From NCBI RefSeq assembly GCF_009914755.1, contig NC_060926.1: a stretch of 64,000 nucleotides of DNA. One strand, written 5' to 3'. Origin of the DNA: the human T2T-CHM13v2.0 reference genome, Homo sapiens. The stretch's first letter is position 1, and each line of letters starts with the position of its first letter. The notes beneath the pieces are model-generated. The model did not search any database, was not told the DNA's origin, and saw only the letters and a program-made list of their open reading frames with translations. Shown one piece after another: positions 62,464 through 64,000 of this stretch. The position numbers were made by a program, and so were the translations under genes.

Positions 62464-63439
62464 TTATGTGAGTTCACATTACATATTATCAATATATTAA
62501 CTGTGCCCAGTATTAAGTGACTGTCTTTTAGCTCTCTGCTAATCCTTCTTTATATAGATAAAGGCTAGACATCAAGATATAACCTTAGCACTATTGCTGT
62601 TTTCATTCTTGTTATCTTTACTAACTAAGATAGTGGAATCATAAGGTCTACAATTGGAAAGGAATTCGATTGATTGTCTGGTGCAAACCTCTCTCAGACA
62701 GTGATTTCCTCTTGAAGAGTTCTAGAGTGCGGTTTCAGGTTGCATGCTAGTGATAAGTAATTCATTGCTACACAAAGCTGCAATTATTATATAGACTTTT
62801 CCCTTGTATTCAACTGCCTCTTGTTAATGTCTATCCATTTCTCCCAGTTCTGTGCTTACAGACTACATGAAATTTACCTATTTTTTCTATAAAAGCCCTT
62901 CAAAAATGTAAAGACAGCCACACTGTACTTTTTACAGTTTCTCTCTTTACAAAACACTGACAGTCTGACATTTTTCTCATGGGTCATATATTCAAACTCT
63001 TTCATCATAAAGGATGATTAATGAACTCTAATCATCTTATAATGAAGTATGGTTTCCTTTCTGTGTGGTTACTGTCTATTTAAAAATACTCCGTTGACTT
63101 TTGCCTTGGATTATTATCACACTGAATACCTAGGAAATCCACTCTCTTTTCCTGTCTTGAGTCAACGGTGCAAAACTGGTTTGTTTTCTCTTTCCACTGT
63201 CTCACCTAAAATTCCTCATGTAGTAAGGCCCCGAATAATCTATTTTAAAGCAACCTGAAGGGTTTGTTTGCGTGAGGGTGGAGAGTGGGAATGTTAATGG
63301 GAATTCTAGTTATGCAGAGTTTGAAAGAGGAGGAGGTTAGGCAAATGGAACATAAACTTCTTTATTCAATAAAGTAAAAGGGACTCCCACCTCTGCCATG
63401 CAGACAATGTAGGAGGTGACTTGGTTTTTCCTATGGAAT

Positions 63440-63606
63440 AGTGGTTCTCATATTTCAATGAGCATGTAAATTACCCAGGGATTTTTTTTTTTAAATGCTG
63501 GTTCTGAGTAAATAAAGTTGGCGTGGGAGTGGGATCCTGCATTTCTAGTAAGTTCCCTGGAGATGCCTATGCTGTTGCTCCATGGACCACATTTTGAGCA
63601 GCACTG
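63440..63606. mobile_element. MER5A-like hAT MITE
   Basis: agtggttctc...ctgcatttcta...ggaccacattttgagcagcactg. Confidence 0.65.
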
Positions 63607-63946
63607 TCCAGCAGAAATTCATTGTGAGTTACAAATGTGAATGACATATGTAATTTTAAGTTTTCAAGGAGCCACATGAAAAATGCATAAAGAAGATAAA
63701 TAGGTGAAATTAATTTTCATAGTGTATTTTGTTTCACCAAATATATCCAAAGGACTATCATTTCAACATAAATCAGCATAAAAATAAATAATGAGATAGT
63801 TTAAATTATTTCACTTTGGTACCAAAAGTTTGATGTTTGTATATGTTTTACACTTGCAGTGCATCTCATATTGGATCAGCCACATTTCAAGTGCTCCATA
63901 GCCATATGCAGCTCTGTGGCTACTGGCTACCATGTTGGACAGTGTA
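63601..63946. mobile_element. MER33-like hAT MITE, abutting MER5A
   Basis: TIRs gcactgtcca...tggacagtgt. Contains agccacatttcaagtgctc. Confidence 0.75.
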
Positions 63947-64000
63947 ACTCTAGATCTGAAGATTTTGATCTCTCAGAACCTGGAAATAACACAAATAACT

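Overview
This is primate (most likely human) genomic DNA, not microbial. It is about 64 kb of mostly intronic sequence from a + strand gene whose two coding exons here (24838-25086, 249 nt; 45110-45279, 170 nt) encode thrombospondin type-1 repeats that I recognise as THSD7B. Much of the rest is transposable elements. These include a full-length antisense L1PA4-like element with 14-bp TSDs, a near-full-length sense L1PA7-like element, several truncated L1s, about 14 Alus, MaLR LTRs (THE1B, MLT1) and DNA transposons (Tigger1, Tigger3a, MER1A, MER63, MER5A, MER33, MADE1). Subfamily calls come from remembered diagnostic motifs, not a database search. The best leads are five. (1) The L1 antisense-promoter ORF0 points toward the gene, and its second splice donor is in frame with the downstream THSD7B exon. 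(2) The second exon regenerates a 5' splice site after splicing (recursive-splicing exon) and has an odd acceptor. (3) Inverted Alus bracket the 249-nt exon, whose circle would be a stop-free endless ORF. (4) A ~95-bp duplication flanks an L1PB insertion. (5) One L1 has a 15-bp 5' micro-inversion. All functional claims are untested inferences.
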